DNA of 64,000 bases, from positions 17,918,001 to 17,982,000 of the forward strand of contig NC_043020.1 of the NCBI RefSeq assembly GCF_006345805.1, written 5' to 3'. Position numbers and translations under genes: made by a program. The stretch is from Octopus sinensis (lineage: Eukaryota). Below are positions 11,717 to 52,242 of this stretch, piece after piece. A model generated the notes under the pieces. It did not search any database, was not told the DNA's origin, and saw only the letters and a program-made list of their open reading frames with translations. Numbering within the stretch: the first letter of the stretch is position 1; each line of letters starts with the position of its first letter.

Positions 11717-12499
11717 AGAAAAGAAAAGAAAGATGGAAAATGTGTGAAGGCCAGTTAATGGCTTTTTCCTCAGATTCAAATGTCCAGCCTTGTCGTTGAC
11801 TGACTTGCTAATTCTGCCCACATTAAGAGTACATGTGTTTGTGGAATACTCAGCCAGATCACATGCTAATTCATCAAGATGGATCAGTTGTTGGAATTCC
11901 TGAATACTCACCATTGAAACCACAAGGTCCAGCCCTTCTGATGTGACCAGGATTTTTTGGAATAGGATTCAATGAAAAAAATCACCTTGAATTTTTTTTA
12001 GTTGTGCAAGTCCATCTGATGATGTGCCATGTCCCATGTAGCCTGCTTCTTGATAAAGTTTGCCAATGCCTGTTATAGAGATTGTCATGTCTACTTCATG
12101 AAGACCCACACAGTAGGGTCTCTCTCTCTCTCTCTCTCCCCCATTCTATCCAGAAACTTTGAACATAACATAAACATACATAAAAGAAAATGTACGTAAA
12201 TACATTAAGATGTTTAATGATACCCTACTGTTACTGCCACCTAGCAGACTGCTCAGATCAAATAAGGGTTTTTTTTCATAAATGACCTATACTACTTAAC
12301 CTTTCTACATTTCCTCTTCAGATTTTTTTAAACCTTAATACCATTTGAATTTCATATTCGGTGCCCCAGCCTCCTTTTCCTGCCCCCCCCCCCCTTTGTT
12401 TTTCTTTTCTCTTTGCCTTAGGAGCTGAATCTATCTTCCAGCTGTTTTGATTTTCTCCTTTTGCCTTTCTTCTTTCATTCTTCCTCCTTCATTCTTCCT

Positions 12500-12662
12500 C
12501 TTTCATTCTTCTTCTTCTTCGTCCTCTTTCTTCTTCTTCTTCTTCTTCTTCTTCTTCCTCTCTTCTTCTTCTTCTTCTTCTTCTCTTCTTCTTCTTCTTT
12601 CTTCTTCTTCTTCTTCCTCTTTCTTCTTCTTCTTCTTCTTCTTCTTCTTCTTCTTCTTCTTC
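12500..12662. repeat. (TTC)n trinucleotide microsatellite
   Basis: Long, slightly interrupted ttcttcttc tract. Confidence 0.97.
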
Positions 12663-12795
12663 ACAAGGCTACATGATAATGCATAATTAACTTGAAACAA
12701 TGCAGTCAAATAAGCATTACAGTTGGTGGATTAATCTGAATACTAAAGGATTAAAATACCGGGGTCAATTTGTTTGACTAAACCCTTTAAGGTGG

Positions 12796-12844
12796 TGTCC
12801 CAGCATGGCCACAGTCCAGTCACTGAAGCAAGTAAAAAGATAGA

Positions 12845-12875
<31 letters not shown>

Positions 12876-12924
12876 TCTATCTTTTTACTTGCTTCAGTGA
12901 CTGGACTGTGGCCATGCTGGGACA
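12796..12924. repeat. Perfect 50-bp-arm palindrome around a (TA)n core, built from a SINE A 3' end
   Basis: tgtcccagcatggccacagtccagtcactgaagcaagtaaaaagatagaa (12796-12845) and its exact reverse complement (12875-12924). Confidence 0.95.
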
Positions 12925-13267
12925 TGTGTGTGTGTCTTTGTGTGTCGGTGTTTGTCCCCCACAACATCGCTTGACAACCAATGCTGGTGTGTTTACATCC
13001 CTGTGTTTTTAGCGGTTCGGCAAAAGAGACCGATAGAATAAGTCCTGGGGTCGATTTGCTCGACTAAAGGCGGTGCTCCAGCATGGCCACAGTCAAATGA
13101 CTGAAACAAGTAAAAGAGTAAAGAGTATGTAGATGATTGGTTGAAAGGTGAAATTCACTGCAAACATTATGTCGTATTATTGAAGAGGAAATTTCATGCT
13201 TCGTGCGTCTTGTACCTATGTAAAAAGTAATGTAATTGTAACTTTTCTCTCTCTCTCTCTTCTTTAG

Positions 13268-40016
<26,749 letters not shown>

Positions 40017-40744
40017 CCTTCTTGTAGTGCTATGCAAAGAAAAAGGAAAGGAAATTTCAAGAAAACAACAATAACAACAACAACAACAGCAAAAAGACAG
40101 AAAAAAAAATGACAAGACACAAGCAGTTGAAATTCAGATAAGAACGTATTTTTATGTCTCTTCTCTTTATCTACAAAGAATTTCATTGCAAAAACGTGAC
40201 ACCGGTTTGTGGAATAGCTCGTGACCATCACCACTGCCGAGTGTTGTTGGTGAGGCTAGTGGAATAATCTGTGACTCTAGTGGAATGTGTGCACACATAT
40301 ATAGATATATTGTTGCTTAATAATTCTGACCAGGAAATCTAGGGGTGGGTGGGGAAACCAAAAAACAAAAAAAAAGACCTTATCTATTTGTATTTTTCAA
40401 ATTTTTTATTTATTTTTTATTTATTTTGAATTTTTTTGTAGAATAAAATTTTTCATTCTGTTCTCTTTGCTCCATTTTTTCCCCCCACAGCCTTCGGGCT
40501 CCCCAGACCCCAGTTAAACCGTCCAACCCATGCTAGCATGGAAAGCGGACGTTAAATTTTACATGAACAAAATATTTATATTTATCAATTTGATCATGAA
40601 GTAATTTTTCTAGTTAAAGTTCTCGTTGATGTTTTGTAGACTTAATATCATCATTTACTTATTTCAGTCATTTTGACCGTGGCCATGCTGGGGCACCACC
40701 TTGTAATAGCTTATTTTCATATCTGGCATGGCTACGTGCAGACT

Positions 40745-41300
40745 TGGCTGTGTGGTTAAGAAGCTTGGTTCCTAAGTGGTATTGGGTTCAATCCTGCTGT
40801 ATGGCACCTCAGAAAAGGATCTTCTATAGCCTTGGGCCAACTGAAAAAGCCTTGTAAATGGATTTGGTAGATGGAAACTGAAAGAAGCCCATCATGTGTG
40901 TGTGTATTTACACACACACACATACATACATAGACACAGGCTTTCTTCCCAACACAAGGTTCCATGTTCAGTCCCATTGTGGCACCTTGGGCAAGTGTTA
41001 TCTACTATAACCTCGGGCTGACCTTGTGAGTGGTTTTGGTCAATGGAAACTGATAGAAGCCCATCATGTGTGTGTATATCTGTATGTATGTATGTGTATG
41101 TCTGTGTTTGTCCCCCTTCACTGCTTGACATCCGGTATTGGTGTTCTTACATCCTTGCAACTTAGCAGTTCAACAAAAAAAACTGATAGAATAAATACCA
41201 GGCTTAAAAAATATATCCTGGGGTTGATTTGTTTGATTAAAACCCTTCAAAGTAGTGCTCCAGCATGGCTGCAGTAAAATTACTGGAACAAGTAGAAGAT
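40745..41300 (+). mobile_element. Two adjacent diverged family A SINEs
   Basis: Two head/CORE-like segments and one 3' tail. Confidence 0.75.
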
Positions 41301-41399
41301 AACAGACACACACACACACACACACTCTCTCTCTCTCTCTCTCTCATCACTTTTCAATCTATGGTACTACTGGGCTGCTGTAATCACCTGAGAGCAGAA

Positions 41400-42190
41400 T
41401 AGGCAAATGCTACACCCCCTCCCTTTTGGTAACTTTCCTCTTCCCCAATGGAACCACTTCCATTTCTCATTATCTCCCCTGCCCTCTATATCCACCAATC
41501 ACCTCCTTTCTGTTCCTTCAGCTATTGCTTCCTCTCCTCTCTGCCATACTCCATCTTTCACACCTCCCTTATCTGCTGTCACTCTCTATGCCCTCTGCAT
41601 ATCTACCATACCCCCCCCCCCCCTGAGCCACTCCTGTATCTCTCACCATCACTTGCTACAGACACCTCTACCACCAGCTCTCCTCACCATCTTATGAAAC
41701 TTTCTCCTCAGTCACCTCTGCTCTCTCACCCTGCCCACCCCCACTTTACCCTGAGGGTCTGTGTGTGCCCCCTCCCCCTCATACCCATTACCAACTCTCT
41801 CTCTCTCTGTCCTATTTTTCTCTCTAAATCTCTCCTTTCATTTTTAACAAGACTACCCCTGTATTTCCTCAACAGCAAGACCCCTGTCTCTGACCCTTTA
41901 TCGAATTTTAACCTCTGTCAACTGGCACAAAGCCACTTCCCCTTGATACTACACCCACCTCCCAGTTGAGGGTCTTTTGTCTTGCAACTTACTTGATAAC
42001 TCTGCCAGTGCTGTGGGCCATGTTAAAAGCACCCAGTACACTCTGTAAAATGATGAGTATTTGGAAGGGCATCCAACCCTAGAAACCATGCCAAAGCAGA
42101 CAGAGCCTGGTGCTGTCTTCTAGCTTACCAATTCTTGTCAAACCATGCAACCCATGCCAGCATTGAAAATGGTGATGATGATGATGATGG
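41400..42190 (+). mobile_element. Probable internally deleted RTE-related element (C-rich body plus RTE 3' end)
   Basis: C/T-rich 41400-41960, compositionally like the LINE 5' UTR, running into ggaagggcatcc...(gat)n. Confidence 0.55.
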
Positions 42191-42307
42191 TATATGTTTG
42201 TATGTGTGTAATCTTGTTTAGACATCACACAATGGTTGTAAATGATGATCATCATCATACAAAATGAAGTTCTTGTTTCCAGTCCTCTGTGAAAACCATG
42301 TCTGGGA

Positions 42308-42725
42308 ATATCATCATCATCATCGTTTAACATCTGTTTTCCATGCTAGCATGGGTTGGACGGTTCAACTGGGGTCTGGGAAGCCAGAAGGCTGCACCAG
42401 GCCCAGTCTGATCTGGCAGTGTTTCTACAGCTGGATGCCCTTCCTAACGCCAACCACTCCGTGAGTGTAGTGGGTGCTTTTTACGTGCCACCGGCACAGG
42501 TGCCAGGGGAGGCTGGCAAAATTCCACGATCGGATGGTGCTTTTTACGTGCCACCAGCACGGGGGCCAGACAAGGCTGGCAACGGCCACAATCGGATGGT
42601 GCTTTTTACGGAGGCCAGTCGGGGCGGCGCTGGCAATGGCCATGTTCGGATGGTTCTCTTACGTACCACCGGCACTGGTTTCACAGTTACAATTTCCATT
42701 GATGTTGATCGATTTCGATTTTGAT
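42308..42725 (-). mobile_element. 5'-truncated RTE 3' end with internal repeats
   Basis: Reverse complement of the 15260-15635 type element. Confidence 0.88.
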
Positions 42726-42961
42726 TATATTACCCACTTTGGGAATAGGTGAGGATTGGCAGCAGGAAAGCATCCAGTTATAGAAAATCTGCCTCATCAA
42801 ATTTCATCTGATCCATGCAAGCAAGGAAATGTGGATGTTAAAACAGTGATGCTGATGATGACCATACATTTTGTGAACAATAACAGACACCTTTTGGTTA
42901 CAGGTTTCCAAAGGGCTACTGAATTTCTGATGGTGAACACCACAAAGGAATTTCTGTGCTA

Positions 42962-43177
42962 TTTACTCTTATACTTGCTTCAGTCATTTGACTGCGGCCA
43001 TGCTGGAGCACCACCTTTAGTCGAGCAAATTGACCCCAGGACTTATTCTTTGTAAGCCTAGTACTTATTCTATCGGTCTCTTTTTGCCGAACTGCTAAGT
43101 GACAGGGATGTAAACACACCAGCATCGGTTGTCAAACACAGACACACAAACATACACACACACACACATATATATAT

Positions 43178-43234
<57 letters not shown>

Positions 43235-43346
43235 TACAATGGGCTTCTTTTAGTTTCCGTCTACCAAATCCACTAACAAGGCTATAGTAGAAGACATTTG
43301 CCCAAGGTGGGACTGAACCATGTGGTTGGTAAGCAAGCTACTTACC
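42962..43346 (-). mobile_element. SINE family A
   Basis: Tail to head on the minus strand. Confidence 0.87.
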
Positions 43347-43564
43347 ACACAGCTACTCCTACGCCTATATTTGTGCAGAATAAATGCCACAAAGTATTTA
43401 TACCAGATGCACAACAAAAAGAAACCCTCAAAGTGTGCCTACTGAAAATTTTCCTGTACTTATGTGGGAAATACTTATCCACTAATCTAAAGAAGATCAT
43501 ACTAACTCAAGTAGGCAAAAATGAGGGTGCAAACCATATGATTTCACAGTAATTTCTCTTGTGG

Positions 43565-43905
43565 AAGGCACATAGCTCAATGGTTAGGGTGTCAGGCTCA
43601 CAATCATGAGGTAGTGAGTTTGATTCCAGACCAGGCTGTGTGTTGTGTTCTTGAGCAAGACACTTTATTTCACGTTGCTCCATTTCACTCATCTGTAGAA
43701 ATGAGTGGCGTTGTCACTGGTGCCAAGCTGTATTGGCCTTTGCCTTTCCCTTGGATAACAGTGGTGGTGTGGAGAGTGGAGGCTGGTATGCATGGATGAC
43801 TGCTGGTCTTCAATAAACAGCCTTCTCTGGACTTGTGCCTTGGATTGTAACTTTTTATTTGGAACCCCATGGTCATTCATGGCCAAAGGGGTCTTTACCT
43901 CTTTT
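43565..43905 (+). mobile_element. CORE-type tRNA SINE (family D)
   Basis: aaggcacatagctcaatggttagggtgtcaggctcacaatcatgagg...gttcttgagcaagacactttatttcacg. Confidence 0.85.
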
Positions 43906-46900
43906 TTTACTTAGCCTGGGTACATCATATTTCATCACTGACATCAGTATTTATATACAAGAGTTTTTCCTAGCTATTTCTTCTATGAATAAATGTAAGA
44001 AAAGTAAAGTTTGAAGGAAATATTTACCATTTTTCATGCTTTCTAGGGGTAAGCAAATAGGGAATAACAGTTGCTACCCAAGGATAAAAATCATGTAACA
44101 CAGTGTTATCTCTGTAATGTGAAGAAATTTCTTAAAGTGTTTCTACAGCTTTCTCAATGCTACCCTTAATATGTTGGCATAAGTACATTGGTGAAAAAAT
44201 TGCCTATAAACCAGCGGATCAAATAGAAATACCTTGTGGTATTTGTTTCTGCCTAAGTTTCACACAAACACTTCATTGTTATTCTTGCCATTGGAAATGC
44301 AGTGAACCTGTAATTGGCCTAATTAAGAAAAAAAACAACCCACAAACAAACCAAAAGGAAACAACAAAAAGTGAACAATGATGCTATTGTTTATAAAGTG
44401 CATGATAGAAAAAAATAAATGAAAAATTTTTTTAAATCTAAGTCAGAACTGTATTGTGGTATAGATTTGTAATCGCAAAAGAGCAGTAACACTGAACTTG
44501 ATAAATGTTTTTTTGGGTTGCAGGGTTTTATTGAAGTTCTTTTGTAAACCAATGGGGGAGCAGGATGTGGTGGGGTGCTATTCCTGAATGTGCTCTTTCT
44601 CTAGAATTACTAAAAAGAAGATGATTAAGCTTTTAAATCCTACTCCAATGACTTAAATTATCTTAGAGTTTTCCAGTCATTTTTCTTCTCAAAAAATACA
44701 GGGTGTCCATAAATTATGTTTACAATTTGAAAAATTCACAAAAAAAAAAAAATGAAAAATAAGGATAACCTGGCAGAGTTTATTGGAAAACATAGGCAAA
44801 TAAAGTTTTATTAGAAACATCAGGACACTTCCACACATGGGTTCCATTGGTTGCAACGTTGATAACCCTTTAGCATTTAAACTGGCCATATCTGGCCCAA
44901 ATATTCTACGTTTCATGTTTAAACTCGCCATATCCAGCCTTTCACACGTGACCTACACTGACATTCTAAAAATAAACAATTACATCATCAGAACCTAAAA
45001 GCTATAAATAATGCATGGTTAATTTCAAAACAATTTGAATAAAGAAGCATATTTAACAGAGTTAATCTAAATGGTTAATAGTTACAATAAATTGTAGAAA
45101 TTGTAAAGATAATTTATGAACGATCCTGTATTTAGAGACTATTTTTCAAATAGTTTTCAAGAATTAAGAATCTATCTCCCTCGGGAAACACAGGTATTTT
45201 TAAAATTGGCACAAGGCTTTTGGAGGAGATGCAGAGGTAAATATTATCAACCTCTCTCTTGCCTACACCTTGAAAGACAAAAAAAAAATCAAAGTTGAAC
45301 ATGATTGGATTTTAACTCAGATTGTAAATTAAATAATGCCACAAAATATTTTGTTCAATTCTCTAATGATTCTACCAATTCACTGTTCTCATTTACTTAT
45401 TATATTAGTGATCCAATGAGGGAGCTTTATGTGATTGATTGATCTGCTAGAAATAACAACTAAATCTCCATTCTCAGCACCCTGTTAAAAAGGAAGAATT
45501 ATTGACTTTTCAAAAATGTTCTTTTAATTAGAAATCACTCCCAATAAGGTGATAAGTAATAGCAATAAAATAAGCCTTGTGCAACTACTTAGATTGTTGG
45601 AAGCTACAAAAAAAAACAATAATAATCAGGGGTGGTGGTGGTGGAATCCAATGAGAGGCTGCCCTAAAAACAATTAAACAATTGACAATGTTTAAAACAA
45701 TATTATATCTATCAGGGAAACCAGAAGGAAGAGAGTTCCATAAGATTAGGTATTTGAGGAAAGAAAATATGAGAGTGGAAATGTTTCTTATAAGCAGAGA
45801 AAAACAACAAGAATTAGTAGAAAGTTTAGTTACTCAAAGACAAGGAAGTTCAGTGGAACAATGGCTATATAGAAATATTTATAGAACAAAGATGAAGAAG
45901 CCATGTTTCTGCAATGAAAGACAGGGTTGAAGTTTAGCAGTCAAAACTGAACCAACAATAAAAACTCACTTTTGAACTTAGTCAAGAAGGATGAAAGGCA
46001 AGGTCGACCTTGGCAGAATTTGAACTGAGAATGTAAAGACAGATGAAATTCCATTAAGCGTTTTGCTCCGCATGCTAACAGTTGTGCCAGCTCAACGCCT
46101 TTGGCTTCAAATTTTGATACAAGGCCAGCAAGTTGGAGGAGGGAGGTAAGTCAATTACAACAACTCCAGTACTAAACTGGTACTTATTTTATTGACTCTG
46201 AAAGGATGGAAAGCAAAGTCAAACTTTTGTGGAATTTGAACTCAAAATGTAATGTCAGAATAATGAGTTGATGATTGATCATTGTTCCTATACTTGTGCC
46301 AAGCAAATTACAAAACTTGACAGGGAGAAATACAGCTAAGCATTTTGTCCGGCCTGCTAATGGTTCTGCCAGTTCGCTGCTTTATAGAAAATGAAATATT
46401 AATATATTGCATTTTAGTAGATTATCTACTCTTGTACCAGTTGAGCAATACTGGTATCATCCTTGGTATATAAGGTTTTAAGACAATTTAGCCCATCCCA
46501 CAATCAAGGTATAATGCATGGTTGGGTAGTTTATAAGGGACTTTTGCTGTATATGCATCCACCAGCAAAAACTGGTCTTGTTCAAGGACCAAAGATCTAT
46601 TCTTCTTCTCTTTCGTAGCTTACATACGTGAAATGATTTTGCAAACGGCCTTTGATTCCTTGTTTAGGCCATTTTCAATCACTTATGTATGCTAATATCT
46701 CTGAAGAGGACATCAGCATCTCACCTTCCAATTCTCTTATCTCTATAGTAGGAAATAAAATATTTAAAATAAGTTCCCTGTACAGACCAAGGGTCAGCTC
46801 CCTTTATCTGCTTCATTTTATTACATATATTCTTTAACTGGTGTCCGTCATTGGCCTACAGCCATGCTAGGGTACAGCCTTTAAGCATTTTAACCAGTTA

Positions 46901-47489
46901 TCTCAACCACAGACTGGTACTCATTTTTAATTGATTGGCTAGTTGACCTGAGTTACGTCCCTTGAATGATTTGCCTTCTGTTCATAGACTTTGTTGGGGG
47001 CTTGCATAATATGTGTGCTGACGATCATCACCACGTTGTTGGTTGACAACTAGAGAGAAGGATGCCGTATTCATAAACTGAACGAAAATTCAGGTTGGTT
47101 GCATGTATTATGAATAAGCAAACTAACGAACATTCAATCATATTTTATTGATAGAAAACTGCACATATATATATGCAAATTACTATAGAGGTTCTCATTA
47201 TCAGAACAGTAAGTAGGAATAGATTTACTGCATTGGCTTAGACCAGTGGTTCCCAAACTTTTCACTATCAAGGACCCTTTTATTTAAATGAGTTTTCCCA
47301 TGGACCCCAAGATATTCTTATCTTTATAAATATATATATCTGAAATTTTGAATTTAGTTCATGGTCTCCCAGTACTACCTTTTGCAGACCACAGGCTTAA
47401 ACATTAGCTATCTGGAAGAGAAAAATACAGAAACTAATACCACCACACATTGTTGAAGGTTGAAGGAGGGAATCATATCTCGGTTGAAA

Positions 47490-47715
47490 GCTTGCATTGA
47501 TCTGCTGTAAACTGTCTTGCTTGAAGGCTAGCTATAGTCTGCTGTGACCCTTCTTAATTGAAAGCTGATTGAGATCTGCTGTGAACTATCTTGCTTGAAG
47601 ACTAGCTGTAGTCAACTGCAACCTGTCTTACTTGAGGGTTAACTGCAGTCTCTTGCAGCCTGTCTTGCTCGAAGGCTAACTGTTGTCTGCTGTCACCTGT
47701 CTTGCTTGAAGGCTG
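47490..47715. repeat. Minisatellite, ~37 bp unit x6
   Basis: gtctgctgtgacctgtcttgcttgaaggctaactg, degenerate. Confidence 0.85.
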
Positions 47716-47780
47716 TGATCCACCATGAGTTGGGTGCCAAACTGTTTAACAAGAGTGAAAGGGAAGGAAACTCAAATAGT

Positions 47781-48148
47781 AGGCATAGGAGTGGCTGTGT
47801 GGTAAGTAGCTTGCTTATGAACCACATGGTTCCGGGTTCAGTCCCACTGTGTGGCACCTTAGGCAAGTGTCTTCTACTATAGCCTCAGGCTGACCAAAGC
47901 CTTGTGAGTGGATTTGGTAGATGGAAACTGAAAAGAAGCCCTCATATATATGTATAATATATGTGTTTGTGTGTCTGTATTTGTCCTCACCAATATCGTT
48001 TGACAACCATAACTTAGCGGTTTGGTAAAAGAGATTGATAGAATAAGTACCAGGCTTACAAAGAATAAGTCCCGGGGTCGAATTGCTCAACTAAAGGCAG
48101 TGCTCCAGCATGGCCACAGTCAAATGACTGAAACAAGTAAAAGAGTAA
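47781..48148 (+). mobile_element. SINE family A
   Basis: Head and tail present. Confidence 0.88.
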
Positions 48149-48840
48149 ATAGCCGTAAAATGCAAATTTCTATCTTGCCGTAGCAGAAGCACAACCAACA
48201 GCAGAACATATGAGAAGGAGTAACAACATCAACTGTAATCCAGTATAGATGGAATCAACTGTGTGTGCCCATTTATTTTAATTGCAATAAATAGAAGAGA
48301 GAAAAAACCTGACAAGTTCACAAAACTCGTGCATGTCATGTGACTGACGTTTTTCTATTTAAACAAATGAACAGTATTTGTTGTATATTGACTAGGAGTT
48401 CAATACATGACACTTGCCACCCCAATAAGAAAGTCAGTTCGGTGTGTAAAAACTAACTCTTCCTTTTTCCGAGCTGAGATTTGAAACCAAATCTAAGGAT
48501 TCTTGCTCGTCTGATCCACCACTGACCAAACAGGCATTAAAGAATTTTTTTTGTCCTGTCAAAAAAATTATGGATTATTTCCCTTCGACCTCGGCCATGT
48601 CATTTAAGGTTCAAGTGGGCAGGAGGTGACCTACATAGGTAGGAATTTCTCCTGTGGTATGTTTGTCCTTCTAGCTGTTACAACTATTATAAATACAGCA
48701 ATCCGTGAAGGGACAGATTCAGAGACAGACGATCAGAGAGAGAGAGAGAGAGACAGCCAGCCCATAACTTCGCCAGTTAAACTGACAACAGAGATTCAGG
48801 TATTCAACATGAACGACAGTCGCTATCACAGAACATAAAC

Positions 48841-49240
48841 AGGCGCAGGAGTGGCTGTGTGGTAAGTAGCTTGCTAACCAACCACATCGTTCTGGGTTCA
48901 GTCCCACTGCGTGGCACCTTGGGCAAGTGTCTTCTACTATAACCTCGGGCCGACCAAAGCCTTGTGAGTGGATTTGGTAGACGGAAACTGAAAGAAACCC
49001 GTCGTATATATGTATATATATATATATGTATGTGTGTGTATATGTTTGTGTGTGTGTGTTTGTTCCCCCGCCATCACTTGACAACCGATGCTGGTGTGTT
49101 TACATCCCCGTCACTTAGCGGTTCGGCAAAAGAATAAGTACTGGGCTTACAAAGAATAAGTCCCGGGGTCGATTTGCTCGACTAAAGGCGGTGCTCCAGC
49201 ATGGCCGGAGTCAAAATGACTGAAACCAGTAAAAGAGAGA
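48841..49240 (+). mobile_element. SINE family A, full length
   Basis: aggcgcaggagtggc ... gactgaaaccagtaaaagag. Confidence 0.9.
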
Positions 49241-50248
49241 GAGAGACACCACTGAATGACCAATGCTCACAGAGACAAATATGTCTGGTTCTACCCTATC
49301 ATATCAACCTGCAAATTGGTCATTTTCACTTACAACCATTTCTGTTATAACGAAGATGGTAAATGAGAATGTAAAAATGATATACAACGTAAGATGAAAA
49401 TAACTGGTAAGTGATGATTTATTCTCCGTTATAAAATACAATGATTGCCATACAGGAATTAACATAACAGGTTATTACAAAGATGTGTGAGAGAACTTCG
49501 TGGCTAGGCTGGACTGTTGATGTTGTAGACAAAGTTGACCTACTGCTTGGTAGTGTGTTGAGGCAGCCGTTGCTCTGTTGGTCGTGTGGTCTTCATTCAG
49601 CAACAATGTAGGCATGTGTCTGGTGTAGAAGATGAAAGCGGAGACTGGCTGGTGTCAGATACAATGTTGCTGGAGACGAGTTGCGTGTGCCAAAGACCCT
49701 GAGCAGTCGAGAACTACCGTTCTTATAGAGAATAGTAGGCTCTCCAGAGCTGGTGATTAATTTTCTGCGTAAGGAGAAACAAACTGTTGCGCCAACACCA
49801 TTGGAGAGCTGGAAACTGACCAATACAAACAACAAGTTTGGCTAATCACAAGGTCATGTGACCTACTGGAATGAAAAATAAACAATCTAGGACCTAGGTT
49901 TCGAATCCCAATCTCCATTTTCTTCTTTTAAATGAATATAAACTATATGTTTTTATATATACCTATTATTTGAAGGAAATTCTTTCCCACAAAATACTAG
50001 ATATTAAACCAATATTTCCTTGGGTGAAACCATCTTTTCATGAGGTTAACACAAACTCTAATTAAATTTATATATATATGGTGAGCTGGCAGAAATGTTA
50101 GCACGCCAGGCGAAATGCTTAGCGGTATTCTGTTACGTTCCGCTGACGTCAACTTTGCCTTTCATCCTTTAAGGGTTGATAAAATTAAGTATCAGTTGCA
50201 TACTGGGGTTGATCTAATCGACTGTTCCCCTCCCCCCAAATTTTGAGC

Positions 50249-50279
<31 letters not shown>

Positions 50280-50984
50280 CAGGCTGGCATAAACGTTAGC
50301 ATGCAGGGCGAATTGCTTAGTGGTATTTCGTCTGCCATTTCATTCTGAGTTCAAATGACGTGTGAAGTGACCAGCATTCAGGTGGCAAGAAAAGCCATGG
50401 AGGCCTGTGGAGTCGAGGAGCCTGACACAATGACAAATCAAACCCATGCATACATCAGCAATCACTCGGAGGGCAATAGAGACACGAAGTAGACCACCAA
50501 TATTAACCACAGGGATGCATCAATCCAGTTACCTGAGTATTTGGCACCAGCAGACAGTAAGAAGCACCTTGAAGAAAGGCCAGCGTTAACACGATAGAGC
50601 AAAACTGCATGCTGGGAGTCCTTTAGAGAAACAAGACAAGGAACTCTCTTTCTTTATTAACCACATGGGACATAACCCAGAGGGGACAGCACATGGTGGG
50701 TACAGAAAGCAAAAAAAAAAATGGATGGAAAGGGTGAATCAGATAAAATGATAAATGAAATGAAGCCGTTTGGCCCACCTCCAAGCGACTTCATTGAACC
50801 TGTTAATACAACTTCTTTTTAAAACACTACTTGTAACAGTTGAAAACACTATTTGCAAATAGCTAACTTTCATACTTCTGAAGAATGTCTATGTTTCTTT
50901 AAAAGTTCAAGATAGCTTACCCATTCTGGTATTGCACTGGTGTCTATTTTCTTGACACCCCCACTCAAAGTCCTCCTCATAATT

Positions 50985-51385
50985 GTGGCCAGTGCTAGTG
51001 ACACGTTAAAGGCACCCAAGCCAGTGACACATTAAAAGCACCCGTGCTGGTGACATGTTAAGGGCACCCGTGCCAGTAATACATGAAGGCATCCCTGCTA
51101 ATGACACATTAAAGGCACCCATGCCAGTGACATGTGAAGGGCACCCATGCTAGTGACACATTAACAGCACCTGTGCTGGTGACGTGTTAAAGACACCCAT
51201 ACCAGTGACACATTGTAAAAGATATCCAATACACTCTGTAAAGTGGTTGGCATTAGAAAAAGCATCCATCTGTAGAAACCAAAATCAAAACAAATGATTG
51301 CTGCTTAATGTAGCTCTCTGGTTTACCAATTCCAGTCAAACCATCTAATCTATGCAAACATAGAAAATGGACTCTAAATGGTAAT
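50985..51385 (+). mobile_element. RTE-type 3' end with an expanded ~26-bp tandem array
   Basis: About nine copies of cacccgtgctggtgacatgttaaagg followed by a degenerate RTE tail. Confidence 0.75.
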
Positions 51386-51494
51386 GGTGTACTGTGCAAG
51401 ATACTGTGAAACAGAACCACTCGGTAAACTTAGGTTGGCAGCAATGGGAATTTGAAGTTCCTGCTCATAAATTAGGCAGATTATAAGAGGCTCC

Positions 51495-51808
51495 AGTGTC
51501 CCTTCGTTTTAACTCGACAAAACCATAACAAAATCTCGATTGTTTCCGTGACAACTCGACAATTCACTTCGGATATCTTTGTGACCTCCGACAATTTGCG
51601 GATTTTACATACACACATGAAACAGGTAAGAACAAATATGCAAGGCTTTTTGCTGGCATAATTTCGTTATATCTCTATTCCACAACACAAAAACAGATCA
51701 GGCACTCTGTTACAGAGGTCATGAAGATATCTGAAGTGAATTGTCTAGTTGTCACAGAAACAACCAAGGTCTTGTTATAATTTTGTCGAGTTAAAATGAA
51801 GGGACACC
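51495..51808. mobile_element. Fold-back MITE, ~92-bp TIRs, perfect 8-bp TSD (Merlin-like)
   Basis: gaggctcc at 51487-51494 and 51809-51816; ends (a)gtgtcccttc ... gaagggacacc. Confidence 0.85.
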
Positions 51809-51864
51809 GAGGCTCCAGACAATCAATATCTGGACAGTTGGTGTTGTACAATTATAGAGCTTCT

Positions 51865-52242
51865 GGATCTTCTGAATGGCAGTTTTCAACACAATTTCTT
51901 GTTAACTAAACACTTTTAAACTTCGTATACTGGTAGAATGTGTCAAAATAAAACATTTTTTCTCTTGGCTTTCTTGAGAAAATTGTAATTTCCGAACGTA
52001 AACATAACAGTGACAGGATGTTGTCTCAGTTTTAGACGCAGCAAATGATTTTAGCTAAATAGAGGCCATCGATTGGTTAAAATTCGAAAAATTAAACGTT
52101 AAACTTACAAAGTACAATTTTCTCAAGAAAGCCAAGAGAAAAAAATGTTTTATTATGACACATTCTACCAGTATACGAAGTTTAAAAGTGTTTAGTTAAC
52201 TAGAAATTGTGTTGAAAACTGCCGTTCAAAAGGAAAAGATCC
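51865..52242. mobile_element. Fold-back MITE, ~125-bp TIRs, GGATC termini, 8-bp TSD
   Basis: gagcttct|ggatct ... agatcc|gagcttcc. Confidence 0.85.

Noticed and set aside
11880-11960. Strong minus-strand donor ATG|GTGAGT near 11910
   Set aside because: No convincing acceptor or partner exons for a nested antisense gene
46430-46800. Minus-strand stretch with protein-like fragments (FPTIEIRELEGEML.., EQDQFLLVDAYTAKVP..)
   Set aside because: Multiple stops, no motif I can assign, no clear splice sites
49480-50650. Moderately GC-rich unique stretches with short ORFs
   Set aside because: No recognisable domain or splice pattern; probably old TE debris
50985-51230. Repeat arrays resembling CRISPR (also 36400-37100, 47490-47715)
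   Set aside because: Head-to-tail degenerate units without unique spacers, eukaryotic context, no cas genes
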